Below are positions 41,736-56,100 of a DNA stretch of 64,000 bases, piece after piece; the first letter of the stretch is position 1; every line of letters begins with the position of its first letter. The stretch is from the human T2T-CHM13v2.0 reference genome, Homo sapiens. The stretch lies in NCBI RefSeq assembly GCF_009914755.1, contig NC_060929.1, one strand, 5' to 3'. The translations under genes and the position numbers were made by a program. Under the pieces are notes generated by a model. It saw only the letters and a program-made list of their open reading frames with translations, was not told the DNA's origin and ran no database searches.

Positions 41736-43754
41736 AAAATGGCTATTACTAAAAAGTCAAAAAGCAACAGATTCTGGGGAAGCTGCAGGGAAAAGGGAAC
41801 ACTTATACACTGTTGGAGGGAATATAAATTAGTTCAACCTTCGTAAAAAGCAGTTTGGAGATTTCTCAAAACAGAGCTACTGTTCCACCCAGCAATCCCA
41901 TTACTGGGTATATATTCAAAGGAAAATAAATCATTCTACCAACACGCATATGTTCATCACAGCACTATTCACCATAGCAAAGACATGGACTCTACCTAGG
42001 TGCCCATCAATGATGGATTGGACAAAGAAAATATGGTACATATACACCATGGAATAAATAATGAAATAATGTTCCTCCCAGCAACATGGATGTAGCTGGA
42101 GGCCATTATCCTAAGCGAATTAATGCAGGAACAGAAAATCCAATACTGCATGTTCTCACTTTTAAGTGGGAACTGAACATTGGGTATTCATGAAAATAAA
42201 GATAGAAACAATAGACACTGGGGACTACTAGAAGGGGAAGGAAGGGAGGGGGCAAGCGTTGAAAAACTAACTGTTGGGTTCTATGCCCACTGTTTGGGTG
42301 ATGGGATCATTCATATTCCAAACCTCAGCATTGCACAATATACCCATGTAACAAACATGCACATGTACTCCCTGACTCTAAATAAAATTATAAAAAGAGA
42401 GTTTCTAGGAAGTATTTTTAAAAGTATTTCAAAGGAAAGTAAAATGTAATAGGGAGGGATATGATTCACTAAATTTGATTATTAACTACAGAATGATGAA
42501 GTATTTGACTATGGTTTCACATGAATGAGTTATATGGAAATATGCTAAATTACTTTCAAGAACATAATAGCATGCACAAAGAAGTCTGGAGGTTAAAGTA
42601 GCACTCAGGTGATGGACTTTGAATTTATGTTTTCATAACCAACTCTAATTTAATGAAATCATAATTTCTCAAAAATTTGACAGCACTGGGATATGTATTT
42701 TGAAATATAGTAAACCCTATCAATGATAGTAGACTGGTAAAATACTGATTTGCACCTTTCAAAAAGGATGTTTTTCTCGATTAAAATAAAGTTTGTGATT
42801 TGGCAAACTGAGAGTTGGAAGAAAAGTTGGAAGAGTTGGAAGAAAAATAATTCATGTAAAGTTAAGGAACCTACTGATAAGTAATTTGGATTTTATATCA
42901 TTACTCTAAAATGGAATCTGGACTATTAAACCATTAGATTATGAAACTAACAACTCTATATCACATCTTGTATTTAAATTGATTTTTGTTATCACAAAAG
43001 TTATTTAGGTTTGTAGCAGTGCTACTAACTCTCTTAATTAGATACTTGAATTTAATTCAGTTATTTTTATTAGGGGCTATGCTAAAATATTCAAGCTATC
43101 TTTAAGAATTAAAGGGAAGTTTCAAAGTAAACATTAAAAATAGAAGTCATATGAGACATGCTATAGTTGTATTTTCAAATTCAGAAAGCTGAAGCAGCAC
43201 GTTCACAAAATGTGATTGAGTAGAGAGATAAAGATGTTTTTTATGTCTGGATTTAAAAATGAGATGTGCTGTTAGGACTCAGTTGCAGAATGACATCAAT
43301 ACCTGTGAGTCCCTTTCTTGTTTGTCTCCATGGATGTGCTATAATTGGGTCATCTATATCTTCATCAGTTAAAGCCTGATATTTCTTGTGGCTTATGAAT
43401 GTTTTAAATTCTCTTTTGACTACTTCTTGTTGTACTATTCTTGTGAAGTTCATACCATGACAAAATTGTATCAGTAGAAAATTTGATTCTATGTGGAATA
43501 CAGAGTATTACATAAATCCAACAAAACAATTTACAAACGAAAAGATGTACTCATCTTAATAGGACTTTCATAATATTTTTATCAATCAATGATTAAAACG
43601 TGTGCCTTTTTAAGATTTTAAAATAAATTGCAATGATTTCATTATTTTTCCATTGCTGAGATTTTTTTTAAATGAGAATTTTGTTGAACTTGTCATGCAA
43701 GCTGAGCCTTCAATTGACCATCCATTTTCTAAAGATGAATAATGGAATGACCAG

Positions 43755-43985
43755 ACCCTAACTACCTTGAGTTCAAATCTTGGCTTCACTTTTACTTTCA
43801 CCTGGGTGATTTGAGAAATTAACTTACTCTCTCTGGGTCTTAGTTTCCTTATCTAGAGAATGGGGTAAATAATCATACCTGCCCCATAGAATTGTTATGA
43901 GGATTAAATGAGTTAATATATGCAAAACATTTGGAACTGGGCTGGCATCTAGTAACCCCTCTATAAATATTAGCTATTATTATGT
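43755..43985. mobile_element. MIR
   Basis: gagttcaaatcttggcttcact...tagtttccttatctag..aatgggg...gaggattaaatgag. Confidence 0.75.
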
Positions 43986-44944
43986 GTAAAAGAGATCCCC
44001 CAAATGGTTTAATACATAGGTACCCAGAGTTGGCTTGGATTTAAAGACCTTTCCTTATGATAAGTTGATTGAGCAAATGCAGATTTAGATGCAAAATCAA
44101 TCAGTCAATCCATCTACAAAGATTTCTGAGTGAGGGATGGAGACAAGAAAAGATTGGGACATTGAAGCAGGTTGTTTTCTGAGTTCCTTTGAAGTTCGGT
44201 TTTTATTCATTCAAACGGTTTGTAGAGCTTTCACGAAGTGCCAGGCCCTGAGGCAGATGCTAGAGTTTCAAAACCCTTGGCCCCAGGGATCCTATGGTTT
44301 ATTGACAGAGAGACAAGGAAGCACACTATTCTAAAGCAGCATGGTGAGAGCCACAATAGAAGAAATGCTGGGTGCTGCAGGTGCCTTAAGTGTCCACAGC
44401 AAGCAGGTGACCCAGGCGCAGGCAAGGTGCTGGGAGGAGGAGTGGGATGAGGCCTGCCCAGTGGAGGGAGACCAGCACTCCAGTGAGCGGGCCAGCCGTG
44501 GGTATCATGAAACTTGAGGAAGAACGCATCCTGCCCCTAGCGGGTTCCCCATCACTGTGTCTCTATCCATGACAGATGGGGCAAGGAAGTAGCAAAGGTC
44601 TGCTGCCTAGAAAGTCAAAAAAAGGGGAAATTTACCTAACTCATCTGGAATTGGTCTAATGGACAAATTATTCCAAACTTCTTTGGTAGTTGTATGGCTT
44701 GATGTTTATAAAGGCTTTCAGAGGCAGCTGACCTTTTTATAAAGCACTGTACTGTGTGCACCTAGTGAGGAGTGAGCAGTGTGGCTGTGGACCAGTGGGT
44801 AGAAGTCATAGAGAGTGAAAACGGGAGAGGCAAGCCTCAGGTTGGACAGGTAATTGTCATGTCCTTGACCGTCCTAGAAAAAGGTTGAGCATATTGCTTT
44901 ACATACATATTGTGACTCAAGAACTTTTCTTTGGTTAATTTCAG

Positions 44945-45021
44945 CTCCCTCAGAGGCCCCTGATGTCTGGAGAATTGTGAGCTTGGAGCCAGGAAATCAT
45001 ACTGTGACCTTATTCTGGAAG
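44945..45021 (+). CDS. OSMR: OSMR coding exon 10 (FNIII)
   Basis: ttcAG|CTCCCTCAGAG...TGGAAG|GTAAG; APSEAPDVWRIVSLEPGNHTVTLFWK; 77 bp. Confidence 0.96.
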
Positions 45022-46238
45022 GTAAGATGTGCAGATTCCAAAAGTCTGATTGTTTCCAAAAGTCACATTTGTGGAAACAAATGTGTCTTCCTCTGGAGAA
45101 CTGTGGATTGGTTCAGTGTCCCAACTGGGAGGGATCTTCACATTCATCCAATAGAATTTCTTACCTAGTAGAGGAATCCCACTCCACTCCTTTGATAGCT
45201 GATGCAACTGACAGCCAGTTCTGATTGGTAGAACCTTCTCTGCAACTTCAACTCAGGCCAGGCTTGACTTTTGCAGGGCCCAGGGCAAAGATGTAAGTAA
45301 ACAACCACATATGATAGTTAAAAGTTACACATATTTAAATAGTCATACTATTTATATTTAAAAATTATAAATCAAGCTTAAAAATTGTAATATAAAATAA
45401 ATTTTATCCTTCTATCTTGACTAATACACCTTCATGACAACCTGGAAGGCCAGGTTTGTATTCTGAACTCTGTGATGCGTCAGTTTCACACTGAAACATG
45501 GTGATCCTGGGAGAGTTGGCTCTGGTCTCAACCTACCCCACTTTTTTTTTCACCTTTAGTTTGGCACACTCCGCAAGAATCTCTGTGCACAGACGTGTGG
45601 GCATGCCAGTCTGCATGTCTGGGTTCTGTCCACACCCCAAGCAGATAGCCACTCCAAGCCCACTCTCAGGGCTGGTGGTACACATGCCAGGGGAGGGGAG
45701 GCCTGAGGAACAGACCCCAGAAGTGGGCTTGGGACTGTGTGGGCAAGAATTTCTCTGCAAACTGAGGATCTTCCAGAGGAGGGCTCTGGGTATGGAGAGC
45801 AGCTAATCCCTGTACGGCTGCATAGGGGTAACATGGCTGGAGGTGGAATGAGGCCAGTACCCAGGCTCCTCCTGCAGGGTCCCAGGGTGGTGCTGTTTGT
45901 ACTCATTGCTTTTCTGCCCTTGACTACCCCTCACATTCTTTTTTCCACCAGGTTAAAGAGTCTATTCCTTGTGATTCTGACCTGAGCACTCTTCTCAGGG
46001 CACATAATGCTCTTGAGGCTCTTATCTCCAAATGATCCTCTTCTCTACTCACCTTCAGTTAGATTTGAATGTCTGATTTCAGAGTTGGTTGAGAGAGTTA
46101 TTTTCTCTATTAAGCTGTTTGAATTTTCTGGTGTGTGCGTATATAAAGGAGTTGAGGGACAGAAAAGATGAAAAAGGAGTTGTACAAATTCCTTTCAATT
46201 AAAACCCATTTAAAAATGTTTATCAATATTTTTTTCAG

Positions 46239-46461
46239 CCATTATCAAAACTGCATGCCAATGGAAAGATCCTGTTCTATAATGTAGTTGTAGAAAACCT
46301 AGACAAACCATCCAGTTCAGAGCTCCATTCCATTCCAGCACCAGCCAACAGCACAAAACTAATCCTTGACAGGTGTTCCTACCAAATCTGCGTCATAGCC
46401 AACAACAGTGTGGGTGCTTCTCCTGCTTCTGTAATAGTCATCTCTGCAGACCCCGAAAACA
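46239..46461 (+). CDS. OSMR: OSMR coding exon 11 (FNIII)
   Basis: ttttcAG|CCATTATCA...GAAAACA|GTGAG; [14 protein letters not shown]...ISADPEN; 223 bp. Confidence 0.96.
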
Positions 46462-48075
46462 GTGAGTTTGTTTTCATTTTCTTTTGTTTTTATTCTCTAG
46501 GAAAATGTTGATGACGTTATTAAGTAGTGATGGATAAATTGAGAAAACAATAACTTAGGAAGACAAAATGTCTAGTCACTAAACAGTCATTTTCTTTTGG
46601 GCCAGGTGTGTCAACGTGTTTCAGTGGGACAGTCCCCTCAGTGTGGGGAGAAGGAGACTTCAGCCATGGCTCAGGACATTTCTGTCCAGGGGATTCTTCA
46701 ACATACATGGGAAATTATCTCAAATTTATTCAAGTAACTGCAACCCTAACAAACAGTCACCACTGAGAGTTGGAGTTACTATTTATGATCTTTGTGGCTT
46801 GTGAAATAGGAATTGCATTTACTATTTTGTAAAAAGTGTTGTCAGTCTTTGCACCTGGAAAGAGTCCATGAACATTTCCAGAGATCATCAGAACTGGCAT
46901 CAACTTTCACCACAGACTCTGCCAACTTTGTAGAATAAAAGATAATAACTGGCTAATCTCTTGCCTATGAAAGAGCAAACAAGGTGGAATGCCCTTACAT
47001 GCCAAATCAATAGTGATATTAATTTCCTTCTTAGCCATAAAAAGAGTCAACCCCACAGTTACATGCTATGAGATGATACATACATGGGCATACATAATGT
47101 AGTTGGCAAGTGGCATCCTGGGATCATTCATGAACCTTGCAATAATATTACCCTTCAGTTCCTGCTATTAAAATTTCCAGACCCTTGTAGGTTCTATAAT
47201 ATGTGTTTATTCAAGTTCAGCTTAAATTTGGGTTGAGTTGGATTAGAGGATGTTGTTGTTTTGTTTTATTTTTATGTTTTTAAAAGAACTACCCAGTATA
47301 TATCACATGAGGAAAAGAAACTATATTGTGCCATAGAAGAAAAACCAACCTAAGTTGGTTTAGGAGTTGTTTAGTGTAACCTCTGCTTTCTGAAGAACTA
47401 TATTAGAGAAAGAAGTTATATTCTGACTTCATTAGGATCCGAACAGGAAAAGGGGGCATTTCATTCAGCCTCGGGGAGCTGGTACTGGCCTCTTCTGAGG
47501 AAGGGAGAGACCAGTTCAAAGCAACACTGCTGAGAGCAATTATGTATTTTGGGGTCTCCTACCACACCCTCCATCCCCGTGCCCTGCCTTCAGATGCCTA
47601 GACCTTCTGGTGAGAGGCTCCAGCTAGCTATCCTTAAGTGTTTCTTGTTTCTACATCACCAGCATGTATAAAGTCACTCATGTACTATGAGAAAACCAGT
47701 AAGGTTAAGCCAGTTCACACTAGGGTGTAAATGACTGACAAAAAGATTCCCCTACTCTTTGATCTACCTCCATCTCTCAAAACATATTTTCAATTTAAAG
47801 AAACAGCTTTCTAAGAGTTTCAACCCTGGGTTTGGAGTTAAATTTTACTAAGTATCAATAAGTCAAGTGAAAAATGTCGGCCTTAATATGTGAGGGGCAT
47901 TTGTCTGCTTGATGGAGGAAGGCAGGGAAGCCATGTGGATGGGATCTATAAAGCCCTCATGGGCTTTTAGCTTATACCTAGGGCTACACATTCCTTTGGG
48001 TGCCCCTAGCTGGATGATATTTTGATGCCCTATAAAAATGAATCAGTGGTTTTCACACCAGTATTCAGTTGTAAT

Positions 48076-48155
48076 TAGGATTGCCAGGTAAAATACAGGA
48101 TGCCCAGTTAAATGTGAATTACAGACAAACAATAAACCAGTTCTTAGTGTAAGTC
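48076..48155. mobile_element. MER53-like DNA transposon fragment
   Basis: taggattgccaggtaaaatacaggatgcccagttaaatgtgaatt. Confidence 0.65.
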
Positions 48156-48544
48156 TGTGGAAAGAGGAGAAATTCTCATGCCTCAAGGTTAAGGTATATC
48201 CCTGTTGGAACTCAGTAGAACTGGTAGTCCCCTGAGGCCATGTTATCCTTTTTCCAATTGTCAGACATCAGGAAACCTACTTTAACATATAAAATATATT
48301 GACATGGCAGTATTAGTCATAAACTGTGTGCATATCTTTATATAACCCAACTTTTTATATACCTGAATATTTTCTTCTTTTTTGTCTTCTACTCAATTCC
48401 TACCTGTAACACATCTCAGAAGCAGTATTTAGTTCAGGAGCAACTGATGTTACCGTGGGAGAATTAGCCTGCATTAGTTATTCATTCAACAGGTATTTTT
48501 TGAAGCAGATCCAGTACCCAATACCAGATTCTAGATTAAGGATC

Positions 48545-48755
48545 AAAAAATTTTGTGGTAAAGGGGCAGATAGCAAACATTTTTGCAGGTCATATAGTCT
48601 CCATTACATATTTTATTATATGCCTTCTTTGTTGGTTTATTTTTATTTTTACAACCCTTAAAATGTCTTAGAACCATTCTTAGCTCAAGGGTCATATGAA
48701 AACAACCCTCAGAGGCTGGAATCATCCTCCTGGTGGTAGTTTGCTGACCCCTGTC
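48545..48755. mobile_element. MER58B-like DNA transposon
   Basis: ggtaaaggggcagatagcaaac...accattcttagctc...gtagtttgctgacccctg. Confidence 0.7.
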
Positions 48756-48976
48756 CTAGGTGCTGAAGTCTGGTTGGGCTTCAGAAGGTCAACATGATGG
48801 GCATCTGAAGGGCAGGTGTGAATATTCGCTGGGAAGTAAGAGACAAGAACTCACCCATGAAAACATCCCCCACCCAAGCACCTGTAACTATTGAAGTGGA
48901 GGTCTGTTACCTACTAGATACAGTGCATGTATGTATTTACTTTCTACCTTACACACTTAAAACAATTTACAGTTAA

Positions 48977-49327
<351 letters not shown>

Positions 49328-50133
49328 TAGGAGTTCAGATGTTACAAGAATATGTTCTAAAACTTGACCTTTAAATCTACTTTTGCAGAGAATATCTGCA
49401 CATGAGGTGGGAACTGATTTTCATAAACTTGTTTCTTTAAATTAGTGCATAGTCTCGAATGGCAGAAGGACATTATTATAACAGTTGTCCAGAGAGCTTT
49501 TACAAAAGCAGAGACTTGCATCCATTTGGAAGATGTTTAGGACATATAGTTGATGAGAATCGATCATCAACTTCAGTTTCAATAGAACATGTAGAACTTG
49601 TTCTCTTACCTCCCACATTGGATTTGTAATGTGAAGATTGCTAGTTTAGCAGTCAGAGGAGTGCTGGTTTGTGTGGCTTGAGCTGGAGGGGTGGGTGGCG
49701 CCATCTACTGGGCTCAGGGAAAGGTGTGGGAAATGTCCCTGTTCAGAGGGTGATCAAGGTTCTGCCAATTTCAGTGGTATGGTGGGTTGTGGAAGGAGAT
49801 TGCAGAGGTACAGGTGTAATGGGGAAATGAGGAAGTGGAAGCAAAGCTTTCAAGACTATTGGCTTTAATGGGAAGAGGGAAGATAAATAACTGGAGGGGG
49901 ATTTGGAGCCAAAGAAGGGCTTGGTTTTCTATGTCTGGTCTGATTCTGCACCCAGTTGTATGCACATGGATACAGGCATAGTTGAGAACTCTTGCTTCAA
50001 AGAACACTGCAGAGGCCAGTCCCTGCAGGCTTTGCTGGAGACAAGACAGTGGGGCCAGGTGTTTGCAACATGGAGGACTCCAAGGCTTCATGGAAGGAGG
50101 GAATATCGTGGGGATGAAATACAAAATTCCTGA

Positions 50134-50475
<342 letters not shown>

Positions 50476-50548
50476 TTTCATTCTTTTTCTTTTCAGAATT
50501 AGGAAACATCATTCTGTTATTAAAAATCTGTTGACTTTTTTTCCCTAG

Positions 50549-50653
50549 ATGCTTTTAGGCCAGGAGTTCGATATGACTTCAGAATTTATGGGTTATCTAC
50601 AAAAAGGATTGCTTGTTTATTAGAGAAAAAAACAGGATACTCTCAGGAACTTG
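50549..50653 (+). CDS. OSMR: OSMR coding exon 13
   Basis: ttccctAG|ATGCTTTT...GAACTTG|GTAAG; [15 protein letters not shown]...TGYSQEL; 105 bp. Confidence 0.96.
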
Positions 50654-51547
50654 GTAAGTTTAAAGCATGTAATGTGCCCCATGTGCAGACTTGTTCAGAA
50701 CAATTCATAGATTCCTAGCTTTGGGTTTAGGAAGCTGTCAGCACCATACCCAACTTTTGGTATCCCATTTATTCTAGCAATTGGGTTTTTAAAATTATTT
50801 TTTAATCATACAAACAAAACATTTTCATTAATTCTCATTGCTAAGTCTCTCTCTTTCTTCCTTTTTTCAGTCTCTTATACCCTATGTGAATAATCATCAT
50901 TTTAGCTGAATCTTTGTCCAAATCCATAATAATGGTTTGTAAATGAAGTCTTAAAGATAGGATGCTGGAATCAAAGGGTTTCAGCTTTTAAAATTTTTTT
51001 TTCATTCCTTTCATAATTTTTAAGACTTTCCACACATGTTGTGAAATCACCCCCTAGAAATGTTACCACTGTCCCCCCAGCAGTGGAGGGGATTTTTGAT
51101 CCTTCCATGGGGTTGCTTATTCCCCTTCTTTAGCTGGGTGCTTGATTGTTCACACAGATCAGACCAGTTCTCAGGGGTTCTTCCTTTAGCAGGAGTGGAT
51201 CCACAGTTTACAGTTGGCTCAGAGCAGGCAGGAGGTGTGTGACCTTGTGTGCACGGTCCAAGTGTGCATAAGCGTGTGTGGGAAAACAGCCTCAGCAAAG
51301 CCTTCAAAGTAAACATTCCTGGATTGTTTTTCAGTGACACTTGGATAAGTGTGCACTGCCACAACCTGGGAACTAGAGTTCATCAAATCCCCCCACTTGC
51401 CTCTTTGAACATAATTCTTCCACTTCCTTCCTTCTTCCTCACTTTAGTAGGTTCTCTGGTTGAGTCTTTCCTCAAACACTGTTTTGAATTCAAGAACAGA
51501 ATTAAGTCTCCTTTTTTTTAGAGTTTAGTTTGTTTTATTTTTATTTT

Positions 51548-51650
51548 TTGGCTATGTGAGCTTGTGCAAGTTATTTAGTCTCTGGGTGTCCATTCTTCAT
51601 CTGTAAAAGGCAAGACTTGAACAAGATTGCTCAACTCCTTCACAGCTCTC
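51548..51650. mobile_element. MIR fragment
   Basis: gctatgtgagcttgtgcaagttattt..tctctg...catctgtaaaa. Confidence 0.55.
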
Positions 51651-51771
51651 ATAAACTATGTCAAGGCACAAATCCTCTAGAGAAACAGATAAAACTCCTT
51701 AACTTGGCATAAGCTGTTACAACCTCCAGAGCTGGCTATGGTTCTTCTATTAGTTGACATGAATATTCTGA

Positions 51772-52008
<237 letters not shown>

Positions 52009-52602
52009 TAATTTGTTTATTTATTCTTTCAAGATCTCATTATTTGAAATCATTTAAAATAATGGCTGCCATCTCAGACTGTGGCCAGGCTGAATTCCCT
52101 TCTTGCATGGCTTTATACTGGAAAGGTGTTCTTAAGCAAATTAGTAGGGTGAGCAAGATGGTGGGGGCAGGGCAGCATTTTAACTTACTTAAAAAACAAT
52201 ATGACTTGGTATTTTTAGAAGCATCTGAAACACCACCAGCTCCTTAAGAAAGCCTGGCCTTTATGAAACTTTCCTCTTTTTTTTTTCACTTTATTGAGCA
52301 TTGTTCCAATTTATTTTTAAGCCCCTTGCAAGCTCTTACTGTTTCTTGCAGATTTGTATGCTTTGGCTGGATCACTAGTACCCCTTGTTCAGTGGATTTT
52401 TTGCTTTTTGTGCCATCTCCTGACCATTTTACCTGGTGTGCCCATGGTGATGAAATTATGATTTGATTTTTGTTTGGTATAAACATGTTGGTGGTGCTGA
52501 GTTAACAAGAGCATTAGTGTCCAGCTCTCTCACAAGATGTTTACAACACTTTTAATAAAATCTTTTTTTTCCTTGAAAAAAAAACCATTTAAAAAATCAC
52601 AG

Positions 52603-52770
52603 ATGGTTCAGAATGTTGCAAATACAAAATTGACAACCCGGAAGAAAAGGCATTGATTGTGGACAACCTAAAGCCAGAATCCTTCTATGAGTTTTTCATC
52701 ACTCCATTCACTAGTGCTGGTGAAGGCCCCAGTGCTACGTTCACGAAGGTCACGACTCCGGATGAACACT
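52603..52770 (+). CDS. OSMR: OSMR coding exon 15 (membrane-proximal FNIII)
   Basis: tcacAG|ATGGTTCA...GAACACT|GTGAG; [16 protein letters not shown]...VTTPDEH; 168 bp. Confidence 0.95.
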
Positions 52771-53736
52771 GTGAGTTTTCCCAAATCAAAGTTCTTCCCT
52801 TAGGAGTTTCTGGGAAACTAACAAATTACAGAAGTGTTGACTTAGGCTTTGTCTAGATCAGGAATTTTCAAACCTTTCTTCTCCCCTTCTCACCTCCCTC
52901 TTTCTCTTGATGAAACCCTTTTTGTCACAAAAAAAGGGTTGCACAGACTCTCACTATATAAAACAGATACAAATAGAGGTAATCTGTCTGATTAAGGCCT
53001 AAAATCTTCCTTCTGCCTCCCTCAGTGGCCCTTGAGACAATTCTCTGGAACTCAGTCTCACAATCCTGTATGTAGTTTGAAAACACAGATAGCATATTTT
53101 AGTGTTGACATCAGAAGAGCCACAAGGCTTCTGTCTAGAGAAGAGTGGTGCTGGTTTTCTCAGCAGAATTGTTCTCTGCAGCTAGCTTTCCTCTGGCTCA
53201 TTTCCCTCAGCAGCAAACGAATTGGTTCTTGACTCTGTTAGGGCCTCCAGGGGCAATTAGAGATGGGTGCAGTGGGGTGGGAATTGAGCAGGGGAATGGA
53301 ATACTTGCTCACAAACTCCCTGTTTGCATATTTGGTTGGGAAATGGTGAGGTGGAGAGATAGATCTTTTCAAAAATGCATTTGGCTTGAAAGATGAAGTA
53401 AGAAGGAAGGGAGAAAAACAGTAAGAACTGGTTGATGGAAAAATTTATTCTCATGGCAAACCCTGACAACCAATAAACAGGAATGTGGTGAGAGAAAATA
53501 GATACTGATGGAAGAAAGAGGAGAAAAGAATATCTTCAGTGAGGGGATCATAGAAGATCCTGGAAGGCACCCATGAAAAGCAAATAGATTCAAAAGGCTT
53601 GCCTGAAGTTACCAACTTTCCTTAATGTATGGTGCCCTCACTGAAGCTGCAGCTGTAGAGATGGGCACATCCTGTTGGACTGCTGACCCTGGAGTGCCCT
53701 GACTGGTGATTCAGATACACGTGGCTGCAGTGGCAG

Positions 53737-56100
53737 TGTATTAGTCCGTTCTCACACTACTATAAAGAACTGCCTGAGAGGGGGTAATTTATAAAGGAAA
53801 GAGGTTTAATTGACTCACAGTTCCACATGGCTGGGGAGGCCTTAGGAAATTTACAATCATGGCAGAAGGGAAAGCAAACACATCCTTCTTAACATGGCGG
53901 AAGGAGAGAGAAGTGAAGTGCTGAGCAAAGGGGAAAAGCCACTTATAAAACCATCAGATCTTGTGAGAACTCACCTACTATCATGAGAACAGCATGGGGG
54001 TAACTGCCACCATGATTCAATTACATCCCACGGGGTCCCTCCCAGGACACATGGGGAATATAGGAGCTGAAATATAAGATGAGATTTGGGTGGGGATACT
54101 GCCAAACCATATCATTCCACTCCTGGCCCCTTCCAAATCTCATGCCCTCATATTTCAAAACACAATTATGCCTTTCCAACAGTCCCCCAAGGTCTTAGCT
54201 CATTCCAGCTTTAACCCAAAAGTCCAAGTCCAAAGTCTAATCTGAGACAAGGCAAATCCCTTCCGCCTATGAGCCTGTAAAATTTAAAGCAAGTTAGTTG
54301 TTTCCTAGATACAATGGGAGTACAGGCATTGGGTACATACACCCATTCTAAATGGGAGAAATCGGCCAAAACAAAGGAGCTGCAGGCCCCATGCAAGTTC
54401 GAAATCCAATAGGGCAGTCATTAAACCTTAAAGTTCCAAAATGATCTCCTTTGACTCCATGTCTCACATTCAGGTGATGCTGATGCAAGAGATAGGCTCC
54501 TGTGGTCTTGGACAGTTCCACCCCTGTGGCTTTGCAGGGTACAGACTCCTTCTGGCTGCTTTCATGGGCTGGCATTGAGTGTCTTGGCTTTTCTAGGCAC
54601 ATGGTGCAAGCTGTTGGTGGATATACCATTCTGGGGTCTAGAGGATGGTGGCCCTCTTCTCACAGCTCCACTAGGCAGTGGGGATTCTCTGTGGGGGCTC
54701 CAGCCCCATATTTCCCTTCCACACTGCCCTAGCAGAGGTTCTCCATGAGGGCTCTGCCCCTGCAGCAAACTTCTGCTTGGACATGCAGGCATTTCCATAT
54801 GTCCTCTGAAATCTAGGCGGAGGTTCCCAAACCTCAATTCTTGACTTCTGTGCACCCACAGGCTCAACATCACATGGAAGCTGCCAAGGCTTGGGGCTTG
54901 CACCCTCTGAAGCAATGACCTCTTTTAGCCACAGCTGGAGCTGAAGCAGCTGGGATGTAGGGCACCATGTCCTGAGGCGGCACAGAGCAGGGCAGCCCTG
55001 GGCTCAGCCCAGGAAACCATTTTTCCCTACTAGGTGTCTGTGCCTGTGATGGGAGGGGTGGCCATGAAGACCTCTGACATGGCCTGGAGACATTTTCTCC
55101 ATTGCCTTAATGATTAACATTTGGCACATTTTTCAGATACACGTGGCTGTAAATATGCATTATTTATGCATATTTCTGCAGCTGGCTTGAATTTCTCTTC
55201 AAACAATGGGTTTTTCTTTAGTATTGCATGATCAGGTTGCAAATTTTCTAAACTTTTTTGCTCTGCTTCCTCTTGAATGCTTTTCTCTGTAGAAATTTCT
55301 TCTGCCAGATACCCTAAATCATCTGTCTCAAGTTCAACGTTCCACAGATCTCTAGGGCAGGGGCAAAATGCCACCAGTCTCTTTGCTAAAGCATAACAAG
55401 AGTCACCTTTGCTCCAGTTCCCAACAAGTTCCTCATCTCCATCTGAGCCTGGACTTCCACCTCAGCCTGGACTTCATTGTTCATATCACTATCAGCATTT
55501 TGGTCATATCCATTCAACAAGCCTCTAGGAAGTTCCAAACTTTCCAACATCTTCCTGTCTTCTGAGCCCTCCAAGTCTCTAAGAAGTTCCAAACTTTCCC
55601 ACATCTTCCTCTCTTCTTCTGAGCCCTCCAAACTGTTCCAGCCTCTGCCTGATACCCAGTTCCAAAGTCGCTTCCACATTTTCGGGTATCCTTATAAGCA
55701 GCACCCCACTCCCTCAGTACCAATTTACTGTATCAGCCCATTCTCCACTGCTATAAAGAACTGCCCGATACTGGGTAATTTATAAAGGAAACAGGTTTAA
55801 GTGGCTCACGGTTCTGCATGGCTGAGGAGGCCTCACGAAACTTATAATTATGGCAGGAGGAGAAGCAAACACATGCTTCTTCACATGGCGGCAGGAGAGA
55901 GAAGTGCCGAGCAAAGGGGGAAAAGCCCCTTATAAAACCATCAGATCTTGTGGGAACTCACTATCACAAGAACAGCAGCATGGGGGTAGCCACCCCCATG
56001 ATTCAATTGCCTCCCACCAGGTCCCTCCCATGACACGTAGGGATTATGGGAGCTACAATTTGAGATGAAATTTGGGTGGGGACACAGCCAAACCATATCA
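53737..56100 (-). mobile_element. Full-length THE1 (THE1C/D-like) MaLR: LTR 53737-54114, internal region, LTR 55729-56100
   Basis: Two homologous LTRs (tgtat..agtcc/gccc...ccaaaccatatca), ~1.6 kb THE1-int, 5-bp TSD ggcag/gacag. Confidence 0.92.

Noticed and set aside
42810-42846. Short imperfect tandem repeat (gagttggaagaaaa)
   Set aside because: Simple slippage duplication with no further structure
55440-55640. Tandem duplications in the THE1 internal region
   Set aside because: The ~55-bp duplicate resembles a feature I recall in THE1-int subfamilies; not a spacer array or CRISPR
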